A stretch of DNA of 64,000 bases from an uncultured Kiritimatiellota bacterium. Lineage in GTDB: Bacteria; Verrucomicrobiota; Kiritimatiellia; RFP12; DVOR01. Of the stretch, positions 51,233-59,800 are shown one piece after another. Each line of letters starts with the position of its first letter. The stretch's first letter is position 1. Under the pieces are notes generated by a model. That model ran no database searches, had not been told where the DNA came from, and was given only the letters and a program-made list of their open reading frames with translations. A program made the position numbers and the translations under genes. The stretch lies in assembly GCA_944391085.1 (NCBI GenBank), contig CALXSE010000001.1:71857-135856 (forward strand), read 5' to 3'.

Positions 51233-52576
51233 ATGCGCGTCGCCTTCTTCGCAGACATCCATGCCAACCTCCCCGCGCTGGAGGCCGCGCTGGAGGACGC
51301 CCGCGAACGCGGCGCCACCCACCTCATCAACCTCGGCGACCTCGTCGGCTACGGCCCCGAGCCCGCCGAGTGCCTCGCCCGCGTCCGGGAGGTCGCCTCC
51401 GCCTCCGTCCTGGGCAACCACGACGCCGCCGTCTGCGGCCTCCTCGACCCCAGGCTCTTCAACGCCTTCGCCCGCGAGACCGCCGAGCGCGCGGCCCTCG
51501 CCCTCGGCGCGGAGGAGCGCGCCTGGCTCGCCGCCCTGCCCTACGTGCTGGAGGGCGACGGCTTCGCCTGCGCCCACGGCAGCTTTGCCGACCCGCCGCG
51601 CTTCAACTACCTTGAGACGAAGGAGGACGCCGCGCGCAGCCTGTCCGCCCAGCCCGGCTTCCCCCTCCTCGTCGTCGGGCACACCCACATCCCACGCCTG
51701 TTCGCCCAGGAAGGCGGCGTCCTGCGCCAGCTCCCCCCCGAGGATCTCGCCCTCCGCCCCGGCGCGCGCTACGTGGTCAACCCCGGCTCCGTCGGCTTTC
51801 CCCGCGGCGAGCGCCTCACCGCCGACTACCTGCTTTACGACACCGTCACCGGCCGCATCGCCTTCCGCGCCGTGCCCTACGACCTGGCCCCTTACCGCCT
51901 GGCCCTGGTGCGCAACGGCTACAACCCGCTCAACTACTGGTTCCTCAGCCCCTCCGCGCGCCGGCGCCGCGCCGAGCAGGCCTTCCTCACCCCCCCGCGC
52001 AGCGCCCCCGCCCCCGGCGGCCCCTTCCGCCCCCGGCGCGACAGGGCCCTGCCCAAAGGCTTCTGGCTGGCCGCCGCCCTCCTTGGGCTCCTGCTCCTGG
52101 GGGCGGCCGCCGCGGCCTGGGCGCTCCGCCCCCCCGCCGACGCGCCCGCCGCCCAGGCCGCCGAACAGCCGCTCCTGCCGCCGCTTTCGCGCTGGGAAAT
52201 CGGCGGCGCCGGGCTCAGCGTCCGGGCCGACGAGGCCGCCAATGCCCTCACCCTGACGCCCGCCGCCCCCGGGTGCCCCTGCCAGGCCACCCTGCTCTCC
52301 CCCCTCGCCGCGCTCCCGGGGCACGTGGGCAAGCTCCGCCTCTCCTTCCGCACAGACGCCCGCGAGCATCCCGGGCTGCGCTACACCGCCCAAGTCCTCT
52401 TCCACCGCGCCGACGGCTCCCAGCGCAAGGACGACCTCCACCCCTACAAGACCCCGCGCGACTGCGCCTATACCGTCACCGTCCCCAACGACGCGGCCGC
52501 CTTCCGCGTCCGCCTCACCTTCTCCCTCCCCGCCGCGCTCACCCTCACGGCCCCCACCCTGCGCGTGGTGGAGTGA
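51233..52576 (+). CDS. Calcineurin-like metallophosphoesterase fused to a TM helix and a ~140-aa extracytoplasmic domain
   Basis: MRVAFFADIHAN, GDLVGYGP, GNHD, GHTH, NPGSVG motifs (YfcE/MJ0936-like). Then FWLAAALLGLLLLGAAAAAWAL (TM) and a beta-rich C-terminal domain. Confidence 0.8.
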   Translation: MRVAFFADIHANLPALEAALEDARERGATHLINLGDLVGYGPEPAECLARVREVASASVLGNHDAAVCGLLDPRLFNAFARETAERAALALGAEERAWLAALPYVLEGDGFACAHGSFADPPRFNYLETKEDAARSLSAQPGFPLLVVGHTHIPRLFAQEGGVLRQLPPEDLALRPGARYVVNPGSVGFPRGERLTADYLLYDTVTGRIAFRAVPYDLAPYRLALVRNGYNPLNYWFLSPSARRRRAEQAFLTPPRSAPAPGGPFRPRRDRALPKGFWLAAALLGLLLLGAAAAAWALRPPADAPAAQAAEQPLLPPLSRWEIGGAGLSVRADEAANALTLTPAAPGCPCQATLLSPLAALPGHVGKLRLSFRTDAREHPGLRYTAQVLFHRADGSQRKDDLHPYKTPRDCAYTVTVPNDAAAFRVRLTFSLPAALTLTAPTLRVVE

Positions 52577-52583
52577 GCCCATG

Positions 52584-52617
52584 AAAAAGCCCCGGCCTTC
52601 CCGGCCGGGGCTTTTTT
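52584..52617. terminator. Bidirectional intrinsic terminator
   Basis: AAAAA-GCCCCGGCC-TTCCC-GGCCGGGGC-TTTTTT between convergent genes. Confidence 0.85.
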
Positions 52618-52632
52618 GTGCCGTGGCGGCGC

Positions 52633-53292
52633 TTACGCCGCGCGGCGGCGGAGGGCCAGGCCGGCCGCGCCCAGCGCGAGCAGCGCCAGCGCCGTGGGCT
52701 CGGGCACGCCGTCCGTGCTCTGCGTCTGCACCAGGTGCGCCACCTCCTCGGCCGTCAGCGGGCCGTCCCAGCCGGAGAAACCTTCGAGCTTGAAGGAGGC
52801 GGTCAAGGCGTTGTTGCTGTTCAGGAAGACCTGGGGAAGCGTGGGGTAGGTGTTCGAGGCCGTGAAGATCACCTCGTTGTTGACGTAGCAGGTGACGGTA
52901 TTGGTATTCCCTTCGCGGCCATAGGCCAGGGTGAGGATGTACGTTTCGCCGGCCTTCAGCTCAACCTGCGTGGAGCCTTCGACCCAGGCGGTCTGGTTCG
53001 TGTTCAGGTGGATGCCCAGGTAAGTGCCGTCCGTCCTCGGGTCGTCTTTGCCGGCGATGCGGAAGGTGAGGCCGCCGAAGCCGTCCGCGTTCGTGTTGAA
53101 GATGTAGGCCTGCGTGTCGCTGAGCGTGTCGCTGACGGTGATTTTGGCAACGATGGAGAGGTTGTTGTTGAAGTCGACCTTCGCGTTCTTTCCGGCGAAG
53201 TCCCCGGTCGGGCGCGTCCACGAGCAGGTGACGGCCTGTGCGGCGGGGAGGGTGAGTGCGGCGAGGGCCGCGGCGAGGAAGAGGCGTTTCAT
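52633..53292 (-). CDS. PEP-CTERM-anchored secreted protein with a LamG/lectin-like beta-sandwich
   Basis: Last 219 codons of track ORF 52633..53529. Signal peptide MKRLFLAAALAALTLPAAQA. C-terminus VPEPTALALLALGAAGLALRRRAA (PEP motif, TM, Arg cluster). Confidence 0.85.
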   Translation of the reverse strand: MKRLFLAAALAALTLPAAQAVTCSWTRPTGDFAGKNAKVDFNNNLSIVAKITVSDTLSDTQAYIFNTNADGFGGLTFRIAGKDDPRTDGTYLGIHLNTNQTAWVEGSTQVELKAGETYILTLAYGREGNTNTVTCYVNNEVIFTASNTYPTLPQVFLNSNNALTASFKLEGFSGWDGPLTAEEVAHLVQTQSTDGVPEPTALALLALGAAGLALRRRAA

Positions 53293-53340
53293 GCTGTCTG
53301 TTTCTCCTGTCTGGGCGACAATCGCCCGCAACGGGGAGAA

Positions 53341-53368
53341 AAGATAGCATAAGATAGGGGGGGGGCAA
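53341..53368 (-). promoter_or_regulatory. Predicted promoter TTGCCC-N16-(TGC)TATCTT with a C9 tract in the spacer
   Basis: Minus strand AAGTCTTGCCCCCCCCCTATCTTATGCTATCTTTTC. Direct repeat CTATCTT x2. About 45-nt leader with CAGGAGAAAC SD before the PEP-CTERM gene. Confidence 0.45.
53357..53365. repeat. G9/C9 homopolymer
   Basis: aagataGGGGGGGGGcaaga. Intergenic, inside the predicted promoter spacer. Confidence 0.95.
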
Positions 53369-53410
53369 GACTTATTTTTCGCGCGCCGCGCGGCGGGGCT
53401 CGGCTGGGGC

Positions 53411-53440
53411 AAAAAAACGCCCGTGGCGGGGCCACGGGCG
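53411..53440 (-). terminator. Intrinsic terminator after tRNA-Tyr
   Basis: Minus strand CGCCCGTGGC-CCC-GCCACGGGCG followed by UUUUUUU. Confidence 0.8.
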
Positions 53441-53445
53441 GAAGA

Positions 53446-53530
53446 TGGTGGTGGGTCTACGATTCGAACGTAGGAAGGCAAAGCCAGCGGATTTACAGTC
53501 CGCCCCAGTTGGCCACTTTGGTAACCCACC
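53446..53530 (-). tRNA. tRNA-Tyr (anticodon GTA), CCA encoded
   Basis: Reverse complement GGTGGGTTACCAAAGTGGCCAACTGGGGCGGACTGTAAATCCGCTGGCTTTGCCTTCCTACGTTCGAATCGTAGACCCACCACCA. Anticodon loop CTGTAAA, long variable arm, T-loop TTCGAAT. Confidence 0.9.
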
Positions 53531-53544
53531 GGAAAACGCCGCTT

Positions 53545-53573
53545 AGTATAGCAAAGGGGGCGCGGGGGCGCAA
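53545..53573 (-). promoter_or_regulatory. Predicted tRNA-Tyr promoter TTGCGC-N17-(TGC)TATACT
   Basis: Minus strand TTGCGCCCCCGCGCCCCCTTTGCTATACTAAGC. Confidence 0.55.
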
Positions 53574-53576
53574 GCG

Positions 53577-55700
53577 TTATTTTGTCTTTGGGTTTGGGCG
53601 GAGGCGGGCGAGGAGGCGGGCGAGGGGGCCGGGGCGTTTGGGCAGGGGGAGGGGACGGGCGTTGAGGCTGGCGTAGCGGGCGCGGAGGGCGTCTTGGGAG
53701 GAGAGGGGGCGGGGGCCTTGGGGGGGAAGGGCGTAGGAGCCGTCCGGCTTCATGCGGCGGGCCTTGGCGTCGTCGGCGCGGAGGATGGCGATGAGCTGGA
53801 GGAGATCCTGGCGGCAGTCGGGGTCGACGATGGGGGTGTAGACCTCGACGCGGCGGTTGAGGTTGCGGTTGAGGAAGTCGCCCGAGCCGATGAAGAGGCG
53901 TTCGCGGCCGGGCGCGCCGAAGCAGAGGAGGCGCGTGTGCTCGAGGCTGTCGCCGACGACGGAGCGGATGTCGAGGTTGTCGGTCTTGCCGGGGATGCCG
54001 GGGCGGACGCAGCAGATGCCGCGGACGTGGAGGTCGAGGCGGACGCCGGCGCGGGAGGCCTCGATGAGCTTCCGGATGAGCGGCATGTTGTTGAGGGAGT
54101 TGACCTTGAGGAAGGCGTAGGCGGGGCGGCCGGCGCGGGCCTCGGCGATCTCCTGGTCGAGCTGGGCCAGGAGGCGGGGGAGGAAGGACTTGGGGGCGAC
54201 CCAGAGGGCGTCGCTCTCGACCTCGGGGTCGCCGAGGCAGAGGGCGCGGAAGAGGCGGATGGCGTCGCGGCCGATGGTGGGGTCAGTGGTGAGGTAGGAG
54301 AGGTCGGTGTACTGGGCGGCGGTCTTTTCGTTGTAGTTGCCGGTGCCGATCTGGGTGAGGGTGCGGGGCTCGTCGCCGCCGTCGTTGTAGAGGATGAGGC
54401 AGACCTTGGCGTGGACTTTGTAGCCGGGGAGGCCGTAGATGACGGTGCAGCCGGCCTCCTGGAGCATCTCGGAGTAGTTGATGTTGTTCTCCTCGTCGAA
54501 GCGGGCGCGGAGCTCGAGGACGCAGAGGACGTCCTTGCCGTTTTCCGCGGCGCGGGCGAGGGCCTGGGCGATGCGGCTGTTGGCGGCGAGGCGGTAGAGG
54601 GTGATGCGGATGGCGGAGACCTTGGGGTCCTCGGCGGCCTGCTCGAGGAGCCTGACGAAGGGGGAGATGCTCTCGAAGGGGAAGTGGAGGAGGCGGTCGC
54701 GCTCGCGGACGCGCCGGGCGATGTCACCCTGGGCCCAGTTGACGTGGCAGGGCTTCCTGGGGGCGGCGCAGAGGCGTTGGGCGACCTCCGGGGGGAGGGC
54801 CTTGCCGAGGGCGAAGGCGAAGTCCGGCGCGAGGGGAAGGCTTTGGGCGCGGGGCTCGACGCCCTCGGGGAGGCCGAGGCGCTCGACGAGGAGGGACTGG
54901 AGCTCGGGGCCGACGGGCCGGTCGAACTGGAGGCGGACGGGCGCGAGGCGCTTGCGGCGGCGGACGAAGTCGCGCATCGCGCCGCGGAAGTCGCCCTCGC
55001 CCTCGCGCTCCTCGACGGTGAGGTCGGCGTTGCGGGTGACGCGGCAGACGACGGTCTCGGCGGGGGCCCGGCGGCCGTAGAGCTTGGGGGCGAAGAAGCG
55101 GACGACGGCGGAGGGGTGCAGGGCCCAGTGGCCGGCCTCGTCGGAGAAGAGCTTGAGGCGGGGGAGGCGGCCCAGGGGGATGACGCCGAGGGTGCGCTTG
55201 CCAAGGCGCGAGACGACGGCCTCCTCGCGGTCTCGGATGAAGGGGAAGGGGTGGTGGGCGTCGATGGCCAGGGGGGAGAGCAGCGGCTTGAGCTCGTCCT
55301 TGTAATAGCGGGCCATGGCGGCGGCGCGCGGGCCCTCGAGCGCCTCGGGGCGCAGGCAGGCGACGCCCCCGGCCTGGAGCGCGGTGCGGATGCCCCGGGC
55401 GACGCGCCCGGCCTCGTCGGTCAGGCGCTCGGCCTCGCGGCGGGCGGCGTCGAACTGCTGGGCGGGGGTCCAGCCGGTCTTGTCGTCGATCGGCGGGGGC
55501 TCCAGGGCCATCTGGTCAAGGAGGGTGCCGAGGCGGACGCGGTAGAACTCGTCGAGGTTGCTCTGGAAGATGCCCAGGAAGGTGAGGCGATCCAGGGGCG
55601 GGCGCGCCTCAAGGGCGGCCTCCTCGAGCACGCGGCGGTTGAAGGCGAGCCAGCTCAGCTCGCGGTTGAGGGTGCAGCCGTAGGCAACAGTCTCGTCCAT
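53577..55700 (-). CDS. ppk: Polyphosphate kinase 1
   Basis: NRELSWLAFNRRVLEEA N-terminus, YRVRLGTL, two PLD-like HKD-type C-terminal domains (KVHAKVCLI; EHTRLLCF). 707 aa. Confidence 0.95.
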   Translation of the reverse strand: MDETVAYGCTLNRELSWLAFNRRVLEEAALEARPPLDRLTFLGIFQSNLDEFYRVRLGTLLDQMALEPPPIDDKTGWTPAQQFDAARREAERLTDEAGRVARGIRTALQAGGVACLRPEALEGPRAAAMARYYKDELKPLLSPLAIDAHHPFPFIRDREEAVVSRLGKRTLGVIPLGRLPRLKLFSDEAGHWALHPSAVVRFFAPKLYGRRAPAETVVCRVTRNADLTVEEREGEGDFRGAMRDFVRRRKRLAPVRLQFDRPVGPELQSLLVERLGLPEGVEPRAQSLPLAPDFAFALGKALPPEVAQRLCAAPRKPCHVNWAQGDIARRVRERDRLLHFPFESISPFVRLLEQAAEDPKVSAIRITLYRLAANSRIAQALARAAENGKDVLCVLELRARFDEENNINYSEMLQEAGCTVIYGLPGYKVHAKVCLILYNDGGDEPRTLTQIGTGNYNEKTAAQYTDLSYLTTDPTIGRDAIRLFRALCLGDPEVESDALWVAPKSFLPRLLAQLDQEIAEARAGRPAYAFLKVNSLNNMPLIRKLIEASRAGVRLDLHVRGICCVRPGIPGKTDNLDIRSVVGDSLEHTRLLCFGAPGRERLFIGSGDFLNRNLNRRVEVYTPIVDPDCRQDLLQLIAILRADDAKARRMKPDGSYALPPQGPRPLSSQDALRARYASLNARPLPLPKRPGPLARLLARLRPNPKTK

Positions 55701-56605
55701 AGAAAGCCTTCCCTGACGCCGGTGGGCGTCACTTCGATGGTTTCGCAGCCCAGATGGCGGGCGATGGCCTCCATCGCCAGCACGCCGGGCAGAAGGGTGG
55801 ACATCCGCCCGGGGATGACGCGCCGGAGTGCCGCCACCAGGCGCCCCTCGCGCTTGCGGGCCTCGCGCAGGAGGCCGCGCAGGGCCTCGCGCGGCACGCA
55901 GAGGCAGTCGCCGTCCTCGGCCTGGGCCTGGCCGGTGGCGCGGAGCAGCTTGGCCACGGCGCGGGCGGTGCCGCCCATGGCGTGGAGCACGGCGGGCTCG
56001 GCGCCGACGAAGCCGGGGAGGTATTCGTCGAGCGTGCCGCGGACGTAGCGGCGCATGGCGCGCGCCTCCTCGCGGTCGGGGAAGAGCCCGCGGCGCACGA
56101 AGTGCTCGCCCAACGTCAGGCAGCCGAAGGGAAGCGAGGCGCCCTCGCCCAGGCCCGCCTCGTCGAAGCGGAAGACCTGGCAGCTGCCGCCGCCCAGGTC
56201 AAAGGCGAAGCCGGCCTTCAGGCCCGCGTGGCGCAGGGCCGCGCAGTCGCACGCCATCTCCTCCTCGGCCGAAAGGGGAATGATGTCGATGCCCGTGAGC
56301 CCGCGCACGGCCTCCACGGCCTCCACGCGGTTGGTCACGCCGCGCAGCGAGGCGGTGGAGAAGGCCGTCACGCCCTCGCAGCGGCAGAGCGCGCAGAAGC
56401 GCTTCATGTGCGCCATCGTGGCGCAGAGGCGCGAGACGCCCTCCTCGGTGAGGCGCCCATTGGAGACATAGGCGATGAGCCCGGTGTAGTCGCGCTCGCT
56501 GTACAGTTTGCGCACGCGGGCGCCGCGGCGGCCGTAGACCACGGTGCGGATGGTGTTCGAGCCCACGTCGATGAGCGCCAGCTTCTCTGTCTTGTCCGTG
56601 TCCAT
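55655..56605 (-). CDS. ppx: Ppx/GppA-family exopolyphosphatase (two-domain core)
   Basis: Start at MDTDKTEKLALIDVGSNTIRTVVY (ASKHA phosphate-1 motif). Also DLGGGSCQ. The 3' end overlaps the ppk start by 46 nt. Confidence 0.85.
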   Translation of the reverse strand: MDTDKTEKLALIDVGSNTIRTVVYGRRGARVRKLYSERDYTGLIAYVSNGRLTEEGVSRLCATMAHMKRFCALCRCEGVTAFSTASLRGVTNRVEAVEAVRGLTGIDIIPLSAEEEMACDCAALRHAGLKAGFAFDLGGGSCQVFRFDEAGLGEGASLPFGCLTLGEHFVRRGLFPDREEARAMRRYVRGTLDEYLPGFVGAEPAVLHAMGGTARAVAKLLRATGQAQAEDGDCLCVPREALRGLLREARKREGRLVAALRRVIPGRMSTLLPGVLAMEAIARHLGCETIEVTPTGVREGFLWTRLLPTAAPSTAS

Positions 56606-56614
56606 TTGCCGCAC

Positions 56615-56623
56615 ATGGTAACA
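56615..56623 (-). promoter_or_regulatory. Extended -10 TGTTACCAT (ppx-ppk)
   Basis: Minus strand GGCTTTGTTACCATGTGCGGCAAATG. The -10 ends 9 nt before ATG 56605 and there is no SD. Confidence 0.5.
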
Positions 56624-56628
56624 AAGCC

Positions 56629-56646
56629 ATGTTAGCGTCATGTTAG
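56629..56646 (-). promoter_or_regulatory. Pho-box-like direct repeat CTAACAT-GACG-CTAACAT
   Basis: Two identical 7-mers with 11-bp periodicity in the -35 position, 8 nt upstream of the -10 hexamer. Confidence 0.35.
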
Positions 56647-56767
56647 GCCGCGCGCCAAACCGGGATCGCCGCGCGCCGCCGCCCCCGTGCCCGCCTTCCC
56701 GTTGCGCGTTCCGCGAGGCGCTGCCGTCCCTGCGCGGCGGTGGCATCTGCACAGCGTGCGTCCAGGG

Positions 56768-56799
56768 AATAAAAACTGGGCGCCCGCAGGCGCCCAGTT
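56768..56799 (-). terminator. Intrinsic terminator after the 2280-aa gene
   Basis: Minus strand AACTGGGCGCC-TGCG-GGCGCCCAGTT followed by TTTATT. Confidence 0.8.
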
Positions 56800-56824
56800 C
56801 CGCGGCTTCATGAAGGATGTCGCC

Positions 56825-59800
56825 TCAGGGCAACTCCACATTGTTTTCGGCGCAGGGGCGAAGCAGGATGGGAGCCTCGCCGAAGAACTTCTTGAGCGCC
56901 TCGTAGGGCAGGGCGAAGTAGCGCGTGTCGCCGGAGGCGGAGCGCCCCTCGTCGCCGGCCAGGTTGGCGACCTCCGTGACCATGACGTCCTCGGGCAAGT
57001 CCAGCGCCTGACCGTCCTTCATGGCCTTGAAGGTGATCTTGGTGTTCGTGCGGAAGGCGGCGGCGCCCTCGGCGGCGGCCGCGGCGACGTCCTCGTCAAA
57101 GGACTCGGCCAGGGCGTTGCGCACCTTCACCTCCACCACCGCGTACTCCTTGCCCTCGATGGTGGCGAAGGTCATGCCGCTGACGCCGAACTCGTAGGCC
57201 ACAAAGAAGTTGTGCGCGTCGATGTAGGTGCGGCCCCCGGTCGCGGCGCCGCCGGAGGGCGCAAAGGCGCTGATGCCGCTGAAGGCGTAGAGCGCCTCGT
57301 TGATCTCCGAGGCCGAGAGGTGGGCCGAGCCGGCACGGGTACGTCCCTGCGTGGCGCCGACATAGGCATGGCCGAGGCTTTGGTATTGGTTGACCAGGAT
57401 GGCCTCGAAGCCGTCATGCCAGGCGTTCACCGTCTCGTTGCCCCCCAGGTCGCCGGCGGCGGGCTCGGGCATGGCGGGCTCGCGGGCGGCATAATAGGTG
57501 CTGCCACCCTCCAACCAGGCGATGGCGTCCCAACGCGCGGCCTCCTTCCTGGGCAGAAGGCGGCGGCGGACGTCGCGCTCCTCGCGGTTGGCGACCAGAT
57601 AGGGCGTGTCGCCCACATAGTTGGCGGGCAGGGAGACGTTGACATGGGTGGCGTCGCTGCCTTCACCCGCGGCGCCCACGGTGAGCCCGCCCGTGACGGT
57701 GAGGGCCTCGTCCTTCTTGGCGAGGTAGGTGGCGCCGGGCTGCAGGCCGAGCGGCCCCGCGACGGTGCCGCCGCCGGAGAGGGTCTGCCCGGCGGGGACG
57801 ATGGCCAGGCGGCGGGCCGTGCCGGACATGCGGCCGCTGTCGGCGAGCGTCGCGTCCTTTTTGACATGGAGCCCCTTTGCCCCGACGGGGGTGTCGGCGG
57901 CGGCGGTGACAGCGAGCGTGCCCTCCTCCACCGTCACCTTGCCGGTCACGCTGGGCGGCGTGGTGGCATAGAAGGTGACCGTGCCGGGGCCGGTCTTCCA
58001 CAGGCCGAAGTCCTCCTCGCCCGTCAAGGTGGCGGTATGGCAATGCCAGTCGCCGGTGCCCCCTTGCCCATCCGCGGACTGGTGGGTCGGCGCGTCCACG
58101 ATCAGGGTAAGGCCCGGCGCCATGGCGCGGATGCCGCCGGCGGCGACAAAGTGTGGGAGGCGCGCCGCGCCGGCCCCGCCCGAGGCGGACTCAAAGTCGG
58201 CGCGGAGGGTGGCGTTGCCGGTGAGGCGGAGCTCGCCGGCCAGGACGACGCCCTCGTTCTGCGTGTCAGCCTCGGAGGCGGCGGCGTCGGCATGGAAGCC
58301 GAAGATGGCGCCCTCCCCCAGCTCGACGTCCTGCCCCAGGAAGGGCTCGGCGCTCCGGTGGTGGATCCAGGCCGCGGAGTCCAGGTCGTCGGCGGTGGGG
58401 CCGGCGTCGCTCCCCTCCTCCGGGAAGGTGGATGCCGCCTTGCCCTGGGCGACGAGCGTGATGCCGCCGAGGTCTTGGCGGCGGAAGTCCTGCCCCACGG
58501 TGAAGGTGAGCTCGGCCCCGGGGATGACCTCCAGGCGCGGCACGGAGCTCACGGCGCCGAAGTCCCAATCCACCTCCGTGGCGCCGACGATGAAGGCGCC
58601 GTGGCCGTGGGTGGCGTTGCCGCGCTGCACGGGCGTGCGGATCCCATCGGCGGGGCGAAGGTTCAGCGCGTTGCCCTCCCCCGAGGTCGCCGTAGCCACG
58701 CCGGTGTTGTTGTTGGAGACGTCAAGCCGCGCGGCGGCGACGACGGATTTCCAGATTTTCAGGGCCTCGACCCCCTCGGCGCGCTCCAGCTTCAGGGTCA
58801 GCGCCTTCTGCGCGCCGGCCTCCTCTTCCACGTGGAAGGTCTGCACGCGGGCCGTGGGCACCTTGTCGAGGGTCAGCGTCACGTCGCCGGTCTTCTCGGA
58901 GAGGCGGATCTGGAAGGCGACGGCCTGGTCGAAGTCTTTCGGCTTGGCCCGCTCCGGCCTCATCCCGGACAGCGTGGAGGTGGTTTGGTTGGCCTCGTAG
59001 CCGTAGCGGTACCACGCCTGCTCGGAGAAGTTGCCGGTGCTGGGCTTGGCCTTGTCCTCGGCCGTGCCGGGGGTGTCGCCCGTCCCCACGCCGACGGTGA
59101 AGTCGAGGTAGAGGCGGCCGGGGGTCTGCACGCCGCGGGCGAAGAGGCCGGCCTTGGCACCATCGGCGTTCTCCGCCCCGCCCTCGACGCGCGTGTCGTC
59201 GTAGAACTTCCACGTGGAGTCCGCCCCAAAGAAGGGCACCCACACGTCCTCGGAAGCCTGGTCCTTGGGCAAGCCGGCATGGCCGAGCACATAATCCCTG
59301 CCAGCCTCGGTCGTGCCCTGCACGACGACGGGGCCGGTGAGTTGCCAACGCACCACCTCATCCATCACCCCGCGCGTCAAGGACAGTCCGGCCACCATCT
59401 CCAGCGTGTTCAACTGCGCACCGACAGTCGTGTCGTCGGAAGTGGGAAGGAGAGTCGTTCTATGGATGGAACGCTCCCCATTTGCGGTGTAAGTGCCATT
59501 CTCGTAAACCAACGGCTGGCGCCACTCCCGCTCAACGGTCTGGATTTGGTCGGCAGAGGCGGCCAAGACCGTGTTCGCGTGTCTGGAGAGGTAACAAACG
59601 CCCGCGTCATAGATACCGACCATAGGGATTGCGCCTGTGGTGGCATAACGCACCTTCACTTCTTGCCTATAGCGATAATAATACGTCCCGCCACCGTACT
59701 GGACGCCGCCGTCCTGCACAATCTCCCCTTCCTCGATGACGGTACCCTCGCCGGAAGCGGACGTGGCGCCGCCGCTCAGCAGGTAACCCGCGCCGTAGAA

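Noticed and set aside
53694-56048. 784-aa plus-strand ORF antisense to ppk/ppx. Same class: 25497..27470 (+), 8221..9108 (-), 9030..10151 (-), 15669..16946 (-), 17635..19053 (-), 44219..45991 (-), 50240..52582 (-)
   Set aside because: All are antisense to genes with strong family motifs and have Gly/Ala/Glu/Asp/Arg low-complexity translations.
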